Source: an uncultured delta proteobacterium
GTDB taxonomy: Bacteria; Myxococcota_A; Polyangia; Polyangiales; JAFGIB01
Assembly (NCBI GenBank): GCA_963778655.1
Contig: CAVZVA010000010.1
Coordinates: 1,504,001 to 1,568,000 of the forward strand
DNA: 64,000 nt
Direction: 5' to 3'
Positions 41,480 to 51,031 of the stretch are shown here, in pieces. The notes below the pieces were generated by a model. The model was given only the letters and a program-made list of their open reading frames with translations. It ran no database searches and had not been told where the DNA came from. The translations under genes and the position numbers were made by a program. The number at the start of each line of letters is the position of its first letter. Position 1 is the first letter of the stretch.

Positions 41480-42895
41480 CTACAGCGAGGCGCGTGCCTC
41501 GCTGCGCGCCGCCAGGTAGCTGGGCAGATAGATCGAGAAAACGGTGCCCGCGCCCGGTGCGGAGCTGACGTCGATCGCGCCCTCGTGACCGCGCACGATG
41601 AAGTAGGCGGTGGAAAGCCCGAGCCCGCTGCCGCGCTCCTTGTCCTTGGTGGTGAAGAAGGGCTCGAACAGTCGGGCCAGGACCTCCTCCGACATGCCGC
41701 TGCCGGTGTCGCGCACGCGCAAGCGGCCGAACGCACGCGCCGGCGGAAGCCCGAGGCGCGCGTGCAGCGCTTCGTCGGCGACCACATCGGCGGTCTCGAT
41801 CGAAATCGTCCCGCCGGCCGGCATCGCGTCACGCGCGTTCACGCACAGGTTCATCAAGACCTGCTCGATCTGCGCGGGGTCCGCCAGCACCGCGTGCGTC
41901 GCGCGATCGTCGACGCCGAGCGCGACGTGCTCGGGCAGCGTACCGCGCAGCAAGCGGGTGACGTCCTGGATCACGGCGGTGAGCGCGACCGGCTTGCGCT
42001 CGGTCGGCTGCGGGCGGCCGAACGCCAGCAGCTGGCGCGTGAGGGTGGTCGCGCGCTCGGTCGCGGCCCGGATCTCGCGTAGCCAGGCCTGCGCGTCGTC
42101 CGGGCGCTGCTGCAGCGCGCGCTCGGCCAGCTCGGCGTGGGAGCTGATGATCAGGAGCAGGTTGTTGAAGTCGTGCGCCAGCCCGGCGGAAAGCTCGCCC
42201 AGCGCGGCCAGCCGGCCGGCGCGCGCGAGCCGCGCCTCGGACTCGGCGCGCGCGACCTCGAGCTGGAGCTTGCGGCTCTCTTCGGCCAGGCGCAGGCGGC
42301 GGCGCTCGGCCTCATCGCGCGCGCGCAGCGCCGCGTTCTTCGTGCCCTCGTACGCGCTCGCGATGGCCACCACCAGCGCGAGCGCGGTGAGCCCGCCCGC
42401 GAGCTGCAGCGGGCCGCGGTGAACGGCCGGAAACTGATCGACCAGCGGTGCTGGCCACGCGGCAAACACCAGCAGCTCGCAGGCGCCGGCGGCCGCCCAC
42501 AGCAAGCCGGAGCGCCACCCCGCGCTCAGCACCGCGACCAAGGGCACGAACGCGAGCGCGAGCATGGGCGGGGCTGCGACGCCGCCTCGAAGGTAGATCA
42601 GCAGCGTGATCGACCCGAACAGCAGCGCAGACATCAGGTTTCCGGCCAGCGCGAGCGCGCCGCTGCGCACCACGAACGTCAGCCCCAGCGCGCCCACCGT
42701 CACCGCAGCGGCCGCGAAGCCCTGTAGGCGTGGCCCTACGCTCAGGAAAAGCGCGGCGCGCACACCGGTCAACAGCGCGAGCACGCACAGCGCCACCAGC
42801 GTGAATTGCGCCCGGCGCACCGACTCCGAGCCGGGGGGGCCGAGCCGTTCCGGCACGAAGAAACCCAACGCCGCGCGCAGAGGAGCCATCATCAC
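41480..42895 (-). CDS. Membrane sensor histidine kinase without receiver domain
   Basis: About 5-6 TM; GLAHDFNNLL; EQVLMNLCVNARDAM; DTGSGM; FEPFFTTK; GSGLGL. Confidence 0.92.
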   Translation of the reverse strand: MMMAPLRAALGFFVPERLGPPGSESVRRAQFTLVALCVLALLTGVRAALFLSVGPRLQGFAAAAVTVGALGLTFVVRSGALALAGNLMSALLFGSITLLIYLRGGVAAPPMLALAFVPLVAVLSAGWRSGLLWAAAGACELLVFAAWPAPLVDQFPAVHRGPLQLAGGLTALALVVAIASAYEGTKNAALRARDEAERRRLRLAEESRKLQLEVARAESEARLARAGRLAALGELSAGLAHDFNNLLLIISSHAELAERALQQRPDDAQAWLREIRAATERATTLTRQLLAFGRPQPTERKPVALTAVIQDVTRLLRGTLPEHVALGVDDRATHAVLADPAQIEQVLMNLCVNARDAMPAGGTISIETADVVADEALHARLGLPPARAFGRLRVRDTGSGMSEEVLARLFEPFFTTKDKERGSGLGLSTAYFIVRGHEGAIDVSSAPGAGTVFSIYLPSYLAARSEARASL

Positions 42896-43020
42896 CCTTC
42901 GAGCTGCTCCTGACGCTACGATAGCGGGTCGGTAAGCCCGGCGCGAGGGCGTGGGCCCCCGCCCCCAGCTTGTAGGTCCCCCGCTTGCTGGCGCCCGGCG
43001 CCTGAGCGAGAAAGCTGGTC

Positions 43021-43566
43021 ATGGCAAGCAAGCTCACCAAAGGGCGACTGGTCGATTGCACGCTGGAGCGGCACGGGGCGCAGATCCTCGACATCCTGAA
43101 CGAGGCCATCGCGAACACCACGGCGGTCTACGACTACGAGCCGCGCGCCCTGTCGAGCATGCAGGGCTGGTTCGAGGGCAAGGCCGGCGCGGGCCATCCG
43201 GTGCTGGGGCTCGAGGCCGGAGGCGGGACGCTGCTCGGATTCGCGACCTACGGGGTGTTCCGCGCCCGGCCGGCCTACAAATACACGGTCGAGCACTCGG
43301 TCTACGTCCGCCAGGACGCGCGCGGCCGGGGCCTGGGCGGCGCGCTGCTCGGCGAGTTGATCGAAGTCGCCCGACAGCGAGACTGCCACGTGCTGGTGGC
43401 CGGCATCGACGCCGAGAATCAGGCCAGCATCGCGCTGCACCGCAGGCACGGCTTCCAGCCCGCGGGCATCGTGCGGCAGTGCGGCTTCAAGTTCGGGCGC
43501 TGGCTGGACCTCGCGTTCTACCAGCTCACGCTGCCCACCCCCAGCCATCCGGTCGACGGCACCTGA
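43021..43566 (+). CDS. GNAT N-acetyltransferase (Pat/YncA-like)
   Basis: AYKYTVEHSVYV, RGRGLG, NQASIALH, GFKFGRWLD. Confidence 0.92.
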   Translation: MASKLTKGRLVDCTLERHGAQILDILNEAIANTTAVYDYEPRALSSMQGWFEGKAGAGHPVLGLEAGGGTLLGFATYGVFRARPAYKYTVEHSVYVRQDARGRGLGGALLGELIEVARQRDCHVLVAGIDAENQASIALHRRHGFQPAGIVRQCGFKFGRWLDLAFYQLTLPTPSHPVDGT

Positions 43567-43587
43567 AGAGCGCTGCGGACAGAAACG

Positions 43588-43622
43588 GCACGGCCCGCCT
43601 CGAGGCGCGAGGCGGGCCGTGC
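43588..43622. terminator. Hairpin terminator between convergent genes
   Basis: Perfect 15-bp stem GCACGGCCCGCCTCG/CGAGGCGGGCCGTGC, 5-nt loop; short T run follows on the minus strand. Confidence 0.7.
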
Positions 43623-43642
43623 TTGCAGACAGCGGGCGTCGC

Positions 43643-44747
43643 CTAGGGCGTGACGACCTCCCAGCTGAACGGCCCGAACGCGGTGTCGCCCGCGGGCGCG
43701 TCGGCGCGCGGGTCGATCGTGAGCTTCAGCCACTGCAGCGGGAAGGTGCTGCCGTGCACCACGATGCGGTAGAAGCTCGGCACTTCGTAGCCGGGGTGAA
43801 TGGGGTTATCCATCACGAGCGGGTTGCCCACCTGGTACTCGTGGGAGTCGCCGTTGAGCATCAGCACCGGCTTGCCGAATGCGAGCGTGTGCGAGGCGAC
43901 GCTCTGCACGAACGGCTCGTAGCCTGCCTGGTGCTCGGCACCCTTCTCCGGATCCCACATGTCGGCCTGGGCCTGGATCACCACCGCCTTGGCGCCGGTG
44001 AGCTTGGCCACGAAGAAGGCGGCGTCGAGCCAGCGCAGATCGGCGGCGGTGCGCTCGGTGCGCTCGGTCGTCTGCTCGGCGGTCTCGGTGTCCGCCCCGA
44101 ACCACGCGTCCTGGTCGTTGTTGGAGCCGCCGGGCAAGTTGATGGCGACGAACAGCACCCGAGACTGCTCCCACATCACGTTCTCGACGTACTTGCCGTC
44201 GGAGGCGTAGCGAGGGTCGTGGAAGGTCGCCTGCGACAGCACCAGCTTCTTGCGGCCGCCCAGCGTGACGCCCGGCTTGGTGAAGAAGATCGAGCGGATC
44301 GAGATCGAGGTTCGCCACCGGGTTTCCGCCCGCGTAGCTCACCGGGTTGCCGTCGGCGTCGAGCAGGCCGCCGCCCTCCTTGCTCTTGTGGCAGTCGGTC
44401 CACTCGTTGTCGCCCGGGGTGTACACCAGCGGATCCGTGAAGCGCGTCCACAGCTCGTAGATCGAGCGGTCGTAGGCCGCGGTGCAGTACTGGCTGCCGG
44501 AGTGGATGTCGCCCACGTGCAGCACCAGGCTGACCTTGGGGTCTGCGTTGATCGAGTCGATGAAGGCCGGGCTGGCCTCGAGCTCGGCGGTGTCGGTCGG
44601 CGAGGTGCCGTAAGGCGAGTCGCCGTAGACCGCGACCGTGAGCACGTTGGCCGAGCCGGAGCTGATCGGGCTTCCATTACCGGCCAGCGCGGTCGCGGTC
44701 ACGAACAGACCGCCCGCCAGCAAGAGCATGAACCAGAGCGTACGCAT
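43643..44747 (-). CDS. Secreted calcineurin-like metallophosphoesterase, +1 frameshift near 44300
   Basis: Signal peptide; GDSPY, HVGDI, TPGDNEWTDCH, then ENVMW, GSNN, NGDSH in the second frame. Confidence 0.85.
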
Positions 44748-45041
44748 CAGCAGATCTCCTTTTGGGGTGAGTGCGGAGCGACCTTAGCCACGCGCGTCTC
44801 GCGCGGCGTGACGGCCGGGTGCCGATTTCGGGAAAACGGTGCGACGGCACGGTGTCGGGCGCGACTCGCGGGCGCGCCAACGCTGCGGGCGTTGCTGTAC
44901 CTGTCCGCAAAGTCCGCCTGGTGGCCGAGCGACCAGCCCCGGTCGTGGGTGGGCTCCGATCTCACGCCGCGGATCGGCACGCTGCCGGCCAAGGCGCGCT
45001 CAGACTCGCTTGGAGCCTGAGCGCGTCGGCGCGCGCGGGCC

Positions 45042-47323
45042 TCACGGCAGGGCGGCGCGCTCGGCCGGCACCGCGGAGACCAGGAACACGGGGCACGGTG
45101 TCCGCTGCAGCACCTGGTCGACCACGCTGCCGAGCTTGACGTGCTGCTGGCGCGCGACACCGCCGCGGCCGTGGCTGACCATCATCAGCAGGTCCACGCC
45201 TTCGCTCTCGGCCAGGCGCAGGATGGTCTGCGCCGGCGCGCTGCCCTCGATACGCGCTTCGACCGCGATGCCCTTGGCCGCGAGAACGGCCGCGATGCGC
45301 TCGAGGTAGGCGTGTAGCTTGTCCGAAAGCGCGTCGGAGTCCGCGCCTTCCGGCACCGACAGCAGCGTGACGCGCCCGCCGAAGCGCCCGGCCAGCTCCT
45401 GCACGTAGGGCAGCACCTCCTCGGCGATCGCCGAGCCGTCGAGCGTAACCAGCAGCCGCGAGAAGCGCGTGCGCATGCTGCGCCAGTTGTTGGTCTTGTG
45501 CAGCACGATCAGCGGCGGGGTGGTGTGGTAGATGACCTTGGTGGTGACGCTGGAGATCAACCAGCGCTGCCAGGGGCTGCGGCCCTGCGTGGTCATCACC
45601 ACGGCGTCGACGCCCCCGCCGCGCGCCACCTGGGCGATCTGCTCCGAGGCCGAGCCGTGCTTGATCAGCGTGGCGACCTCGTGCCCGCTCGAGCGCAGCT
45701 GCTCGGCCACCTGGCCCAGGTACTCGCTCGCCGCGGCCTCGCCCGGGAGCTGGCCGTGGGCCGGCGCCTGCTCCGGGTCGAGCACCGCGAGCAAGGTGAG
45801 CTTGGCGCCGTAGGCCAGCGCGAGCGCGTGTGCGACGTTGGTGGCCTGCTCGGCGTCGGGCGATTGATCGAGCGGCAACAGCACGTTGCGAAACAGCGTG
45901 CCGGTGTACATCGACTGGCTGATCAGCGGGGGCAGCGAGCTCGCCGAGATCAGCAACCCCAGCCGTTCCTCGACGCTGGAGGGCGCGCCCAGCCGCCGCC
46001 GCGACCAGCCGAACGCGGTGTATAGCGCCGGCAGCAGCAGGAAGTACGCCCACGCGCCCTGCTTGAAACGATCGCCGAAGATGACCAGGGTCGCCGCCGT
46101 GGTCAGCGCGGCGGCCACGATCGTGCCGAAAAGACCCAACGCGCCCTGCAGCGTGGGCACGGCGCGTAGATGGCGGCTCAGGCGCTTGACCGCGGCCCAG
46201 CCGGTCAGGCTGAGCAGGATGAACACGCCGGCGGCGTACAACGCCAGATAGGTGTCTTCCTGCGTGCCGAACAGCACGAAGCACAGCACGCACACCGTGA
46301 CCTCGATCCAGACCGGCTTGTCCGCCACGTCGTAGCGGTTCTTCTGCCCCAGGTAGGCCGGGATGTAGTGGCGGTAGCGCAGGCCGAGCCCGAGGTTCTG
46401 GATGCCCTGCGCGCTGGCCGCCGCCGCCGACAGCAGCACCGCCACGCCCACCAGCGAGCCGAGATACGAGAGCGGTCCCGGCAGCAGCTTGTCCATGGTC
46501 TGGGTGAACACCGAGACCTGCGAATCGAACGGATCGGCGAGCTCGCGGATCGCCGGACCCACGATCAACATCGTCGCCGAGGTGGTGCCCATCACGATCA
46601 GCAGGCTGCCGAAGGCCTTGCGGCTGCGCACCGGCGCCGGCCCTTCGTAGGCGGCCACCAGGTTGGCGAAGATCTCGATGCCGGTCATCAGCGCCAGGAT
46701 GCGCGCGTAACCGCCCAGCGTGGGCCCGAGGTGCGGGTGGTTGAAGGCCGAGAGGTGAAGGGCCGGCAGGCGCAGGCCGAGCCGCCAGATGGTCGCGAAG
46801 ATCATGACCCACAGCAGCAGCAGGATGGCGGCCGTGGCCGGTCCGAACGCGCGCGCGGCCATCTTGGGACCGCGGTTGACGGCGAAGCCGGTGAGCAGGC
46901 TGAGCGCGACCGCCACCAGCGTGCGCAGCGACACGCCGCCGAGGCTCTTGTCCAGCACCGGCGCGCGGTCGGCGATGAAGGTGACCAGCGCCGCCATGCT
47001 GACCAGGAAGGTCAGCGTGTACTCGACCACGGTGATGCCGGCGTTGAGCTTGACCGCCCAGGGGCCGAGCTCCTCCTCGCTCAGCCCGCTGCCGCCGCTG
47101 CCGTCGGTGACCCAGATCATCACCAAGCGGTACATGGCGGAGACGGTGGCGACGGTGAGCACCGCCAGCCAGATCGAGGCGCCGAAGGTGATGTCCGCGA
47201 CGCCCGCTGCGACCACCAGCTTGAGGAACGGTCCGAACACGTATAGCGGCGAGGTGGCGGGATCCCCCCGCCCGCCAGCGCGCCCTGCAGCGAGCCCGAG
47301 AGCTTGTGCGAGACGTGAGCCAT
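45042..47323 (-). CDS. APC-family transporter fused to two USP domains; frameshift at G6 tract 47264-47269
   Basis: Corrected start MAHVSHKLSGSLQGALAGGGDPATSPLY; many TM; TGIE; two USP units (LLPLDQS..SSVTTKV, LVTLDGS..GSVVDQVL..TPCPV). Confidence 0.88.
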
Positions 47324-47490
47324 GGCTGGTCTTACTACGCCGCGGCCGGTGCATGGCACAAATGCGCGCATCGGCCCCGGGCGTGGCTCAGCTGGGTCCG
47401 CCGCGCCACGCGTGTCGCCAGCGCCTGCACGCTCGGCTTGCGTCGCTCGGCAGAGTCTCTACCCTGGCAGAGTCTCAACCCTGACAGCCG

Positions 47491-47940
47491 ATGCGCGCGG
47501 CGCTCCCGAGTGGCGGGGTGGCGGCGATCTTGCTGGCGCTCGCCGGGCTGAGCTGCAGCCGCGGCGCGCTCCATACGGGCCTCGTGGCCGACACGGATAC
47601 CAGCGCGGCCTGCGGGGGGGCCTCGGCCCTGCCTGCGGACCTCGGCAAGGTGCGGAAGCTCGTCATGGCCGGCGCCCACGCGTGCGCGCTGCGCGAGGAC
47701 GGGAGCATGCGCGGTTGGGGCGCTGGGTCCTACGGGGAAGCCAGCGTGCCCAAGACCCTGCCTCCGATCGCCGGCGTCAGCGGCGGCTGGCGGCACACCT
47801 GCCTGCTGCTCCAGGACGGAAGGGTCCGCTGCATGGGTGCGGACGAGTACGGCCAGGCGAGCCCGCCCGCGGAGCTCGGACCGGCGAGCGAGCTGGTGTC
47901 GGGCTTCTATTTCAGCTGTGCCTTGGTCGGCGACAGGTGC
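47491..47940 (+). pseudogene. RCC1/BLIP-II repeat lipoprotein, truncated after about 2.5 repeats (ORF reads on to 48168 antisense to the neighbour)
   Basis: LAGLSC; HACALREDGS...WG...YGE; GWRHTCLLLQDGRVRCMG.DEYGQ; GFYFSCAL, then repeat pattern lost. Confidence 0.7.
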
Positions 47941-48680
47941 GCGCTGCGCCTGCGCCCCGAGGGCTCGCTGCGCGCCAGCGCCCGCAAGTTCTTGAACGAG
48001 CTGGCGGCCGCCATGGCGAGCATGCACGTGGCGATCAGCAGGGCCGGAACGTCGAGCGCCTCGAGCGCGACGCCGCCGATCGAGACCACAGGCGCGAACC
48101 CCAGGGCCAGCGCCGCGATGCAGCTCATCAGCAGCAGCCGGCCTTCGGTCGGGCCGATTCCGTTGTAGGCGATCTCGTAGATGCCCAAGGTCTTGAGCTG
48201 GAGGTGGGTGTTGATGGCCATCAGGTAGTACGCGCTGATCACGATCAGCGCGACGCTGAAGCTCATGTATGGCGACTGGCCGAGTCCGCACAGGATTGCG
48301 GCGACCGACATCATGTCCATCAAGTGGTCGAGATAGAAGCCGTAGCGCGGCCGCTCGGTCTTGCGCACGCGGGCGAGGGTGCCGTCGAGGCTGTCCCCGA
48401 GCCAGTTGAGCACCAGCAGCCCGTTGGCGACCCACAGCAGCTGCGCGCCCTGCGCGGCCTCGGACAAGCACCACGCCGCGCCCAGCGCCGCGAGCAGCCC
48501 GAGCGCCGTCAGGTGATCGGGCAGCACCCACGCGGGCAGCGCGCGCGCCAGGCGCGGCAGCACGCGCGCCTCGAAGGGGCCGAGCCAGTGCACCGCCTTG
48601 CGCTCGAAGGCCGGACGGGCGGCGCTCGGCGGGATGCTCAGGCCGTGACGGTTCGCGTCGATGTGCGGGTACGAAGGCAT
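47907..48680 (-). CDS. CDP-alcohol phosphatidyltransferase
   Basis: PDHLT; DSLDGTLAR...GFYLDHLMD signature; GPTE; GGAG RBS. Confidence 0.92.
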   Translation of the reverse strand: MPSYPHIDANRHGLSIPPSAARPAFERKAVHWLGPFEARVLPRLARALPAWVLPDHLTALGLLAALGAAWCLSEAAQGAQLLWVANGLLVLNWLGDSLDGTLARVRKTERPRYGFYLDHLMDMMSVAAILCGLGQSPYMSFSVALIVISAYYLMAINTHLQLKTLGIYEIAYNGIGPTEGRLLLMSCIAALALGFAPVVSIGGVALEALDVPALLIATCMLAMAAASSFKNLRALARSEPSGRRRSAHLSPTKAQLK

Positions 48681-49924
48681 GACGACTCCTTTGCTTCGGG
48701 GACCTCGGAAACGCGATCGGTTGCGCTGTAGGCGTGCGGCATGGCCCAGCGGCCGGTGCGCAGCAGGTGCAGCAGCCAGCGCGCCGATTCCGACAGCCAG
48801 GCCGAGCTCGGCGCTGGCTGCCGTGCGGCCAGACGCGCGTCGAGCGCAGCCTGGATGCGTTGCGCGCGCGCGCTCCAGCTCGCGTCGAGCGCCGCCGCGC
48901 GCGCGCCCGCGGCCAGGCCCGCCGTCAACACGGGGTCCGCAAGCAGCGTCGCGACCGCGCTGGCCAGGGCCTGCGGTCGATCCGGCTCGACCAGCCACGC
49001 GTTGGTGCCGTGTGCCAGCACCTCGCGGTTGTCGGGGGTGGCTCCGGCGATGATCGGCTTGCCCGCGCCGAGGTACAGAAAGGTCTTGAGCGGGAGCACG
49101 GTCGAGCCGTGAAGCTGCAGTGGGGCGCTCGCAGGCGGGATCAGCAGCAGGTCGGCTGCGTGCAGATAGCGCGCCAGCTTCCTCGGCGGCTGAAACCCGA
49201 TCAACGTGACGTTGGGGATCGCGCGCGCAGCGGCCTCGATCGGGGAGCCGCCTTCGGCGCCGACCAGCAGGAAATCCACACCCGGGCTCAGGCGCGCCGC
49301 GGCCAGCACCACGTCGAGGCCCTTCTTGTGGTTGACGCGACCGGTGTACACCACCAGCGGCCGCTGCAGCGAGAGCCCCAGGCCGCGCCGGGCTTCGGAG
49401 CTGGACGCGGCCGGCTCGAGCAGCGCGGGGTCGAAGCCGGTGTGGATTGCGACCAGCTTGCGACCGTCGATGCCGATGCGGGTGTAGCAGCGCAGCGTGA
49501 GCTGCGAATGACAGACCACCAGCAACAGTCGCGGATGGTTCAGCAGCCAACGCAGAAAGGGTTGCAGTGGAGGCAGCTGATCGCCCCACGGCCGGTAGTG
49601 GTCGAAGACCACCGGCGCCCGGCACAGCACTGCGACCGCGGCCACCAGCAGGTTGCGCGTATAGACCGCGTCGTGCTCGCGCAGCTCACGCCGGAACGGC
49701 AGCGACAGCGCCATGAACAGATGCCGCAGCAAGGCGAAGCGCAACGGCGCCCGGCAACGCCGCAGCTCCAGGTCACCGTCCCACACACTCCCGGCCTGCG
49801 CCCCCGGCACCAGCATCCGCGCCCCGGGCCAGCGCTGCGCCAGCGCCTTCGCCGTCTGCACGGACACCTCCGCATCGGCCAACCGACTGGGCAACGCATT
49901 CTCGAACGTAAACAGCAGCCTCAT
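48638..49924 (-). CDS. GT4 family glycosyltransferase
   Basis: VYTGRVNHKKGLD; ADLLLIP; PLKTFLYLGAGKPII; GT-B layout. Confidence 0.88.
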   Translation of the reverse strand: MRLLFTFENALPSRLADAEVSVQTAKALAQRWPGARMLVPGAQAGSVWDGDLELRRCRAPLRFALLRHLFMALSLPFRRELREHDAVYTRNLLVAAVAVLCRAPVVFDHYRPWGDQLPPLQPFLRWLLNHPRLLLVVCHSQLTLRCYTRIGIDGRKLVAIHTGFDPALLEPAASSSEARRGLGLSLQRPLVVYTGRVNHKKGLDVVLAAARLSPGVDFLLVGAEGGSPIEAAARAIPNVTLIGFQPPRKLARYLHAADLLLIPPASAPLQLHGSTVLPLKTFLYLGAGKPIIAGATPDNREVLAHGTNAWLVEPDRPQALASAVATLLADPVLTAGLAAGARAAALDASWSARAQRIQAALDARLAARQPAPSSAWLSESARWLLHLLRTGRWAMPHAYSATDRVSEVPEAKESSCLRTRTSTRTVTA

Positions 49925-50017
49925 TCGCACGTCCCGAGCGCACCGGCGGCGAGACCGTCCAGGCAGCAACCAGCCACCGCACAAGTCCGGCGCCATCCCT
50001 TCTATCTGCACGCGACC

Positions 50018-50033
50018 TGCACGCGACGTGCCA
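50018..50033 (-). promoter_or_regulatory. Putative sigma-54 promoter of the GT4/phosphatidyltransferase pair
   Basis: TGGCAC-GTCGC-GTGCA, near-consensus with correct spacing. Confidence 0.65.
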
Positions 50034-50175
50034 GCCTGAGATACGCGGCTTTTTCGGCCGCGCTCCACGCAAATCGCCCCACGCTTGTTGCATGCGGACG
50101 ACAGCGTGCCGCCTGAGCGTGCCACCGCGGCAACAGGCGAGCGGCGACCGATCGCGCACCCTCAGCGCTCCCCGC

Positions 50176-50600
50176 ACCACGGTTCGGAGGGCACGTTATC
50201 TCTTCGAGCGCGACCGTCACTGCCGAGAGCCGCCGACATTTCACCAGCTGCACCGCGCTGGTCTTCGCTTCGTGCTCGGCCAAAACGCATGGGGCTTCAA
50301 CGAGCGAATCGTGGCGCAGCAGGGACTTTCCTGTGCCCCGGCGACCCCACGCATACGTTTGCATGTAACCTTCTCCAGATGGTCGAGGACCAACCCGGCG
50401 CCATCGGCATGCAGCGGCTCGAGATCAGTCCCAAGCTCGTCAGTGAGGCATTGGGTCGGCTGCGCAGGATGAACATCACCACCGCAACGCTATTCCCCGG
50501 CTTCGAGGGCTTCGCGCAGTCGCTCGAGACGCTGATCGCGGAGCCCGACGTCCTGTGTCCGGAGTCTGATCGAAGCTCTCCATTTCGGCAGCAGCGATCG
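50176..50600 (+). pseudogene. C-terminal remnant of an FRG-domain family gene with frameshift at 50327-50329
   Basis: FNERIVAQQGL/FLCPGD...LRRMNITTATLFPGFEGFAQSL resembles FRG C-termini; no N-terminal FRGQ part; lower GC. Confidence 0.65.
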
Positions 50601-50651
50601 GCAGATTGTGTTCGCTTGTCTGCGCGCGGCAGGGACTGGCACCAAACCCAA

Positions 50652-50941
50652 GGCTCGGCGGGGCCGGGGGTTGCGCGGGGGCGTAGAGGCATGCCAGGCG
50701 CCAGCGGGCACAGCACCGCTTGGCATGACTCTCCGAGTGCGGCGTGCGCGGCGCGGGAAGAGCCGGCGGTCTCGTCGCAACCGCCGCAAGTGCACGCCGC
50801 ACGTCCCCCGCGCAGCCCCCGGCCCCGCCGAGCCGCCGCCGAGCACCAGACCGATGACCTGGACTCGCACTCGACTCCCGCAACCGCCGTACCCCCCGCG
50901 CAGCCCCGGACCCGGTAAGCCGCCGCCCAGCACCAGACCGA
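50652..50941. repeat. REP/BIME-like cluster: one inverted and two direct copies
   Basis: 50652-50681 is the reverse complement of 50805-50834 (29/30); 50805-50854 recurs imperfectly at 50892-50941. Confidence 0.8.
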
Positions 50942-51031
50942 AATGGCCCGCTCTTCGATCGCCCAGCCGATGGCGGCATACGTGCCGGACCGTGCACGGG
51001 CGAGCGCGAGCAGCACGCCCACAAGCGGCGT

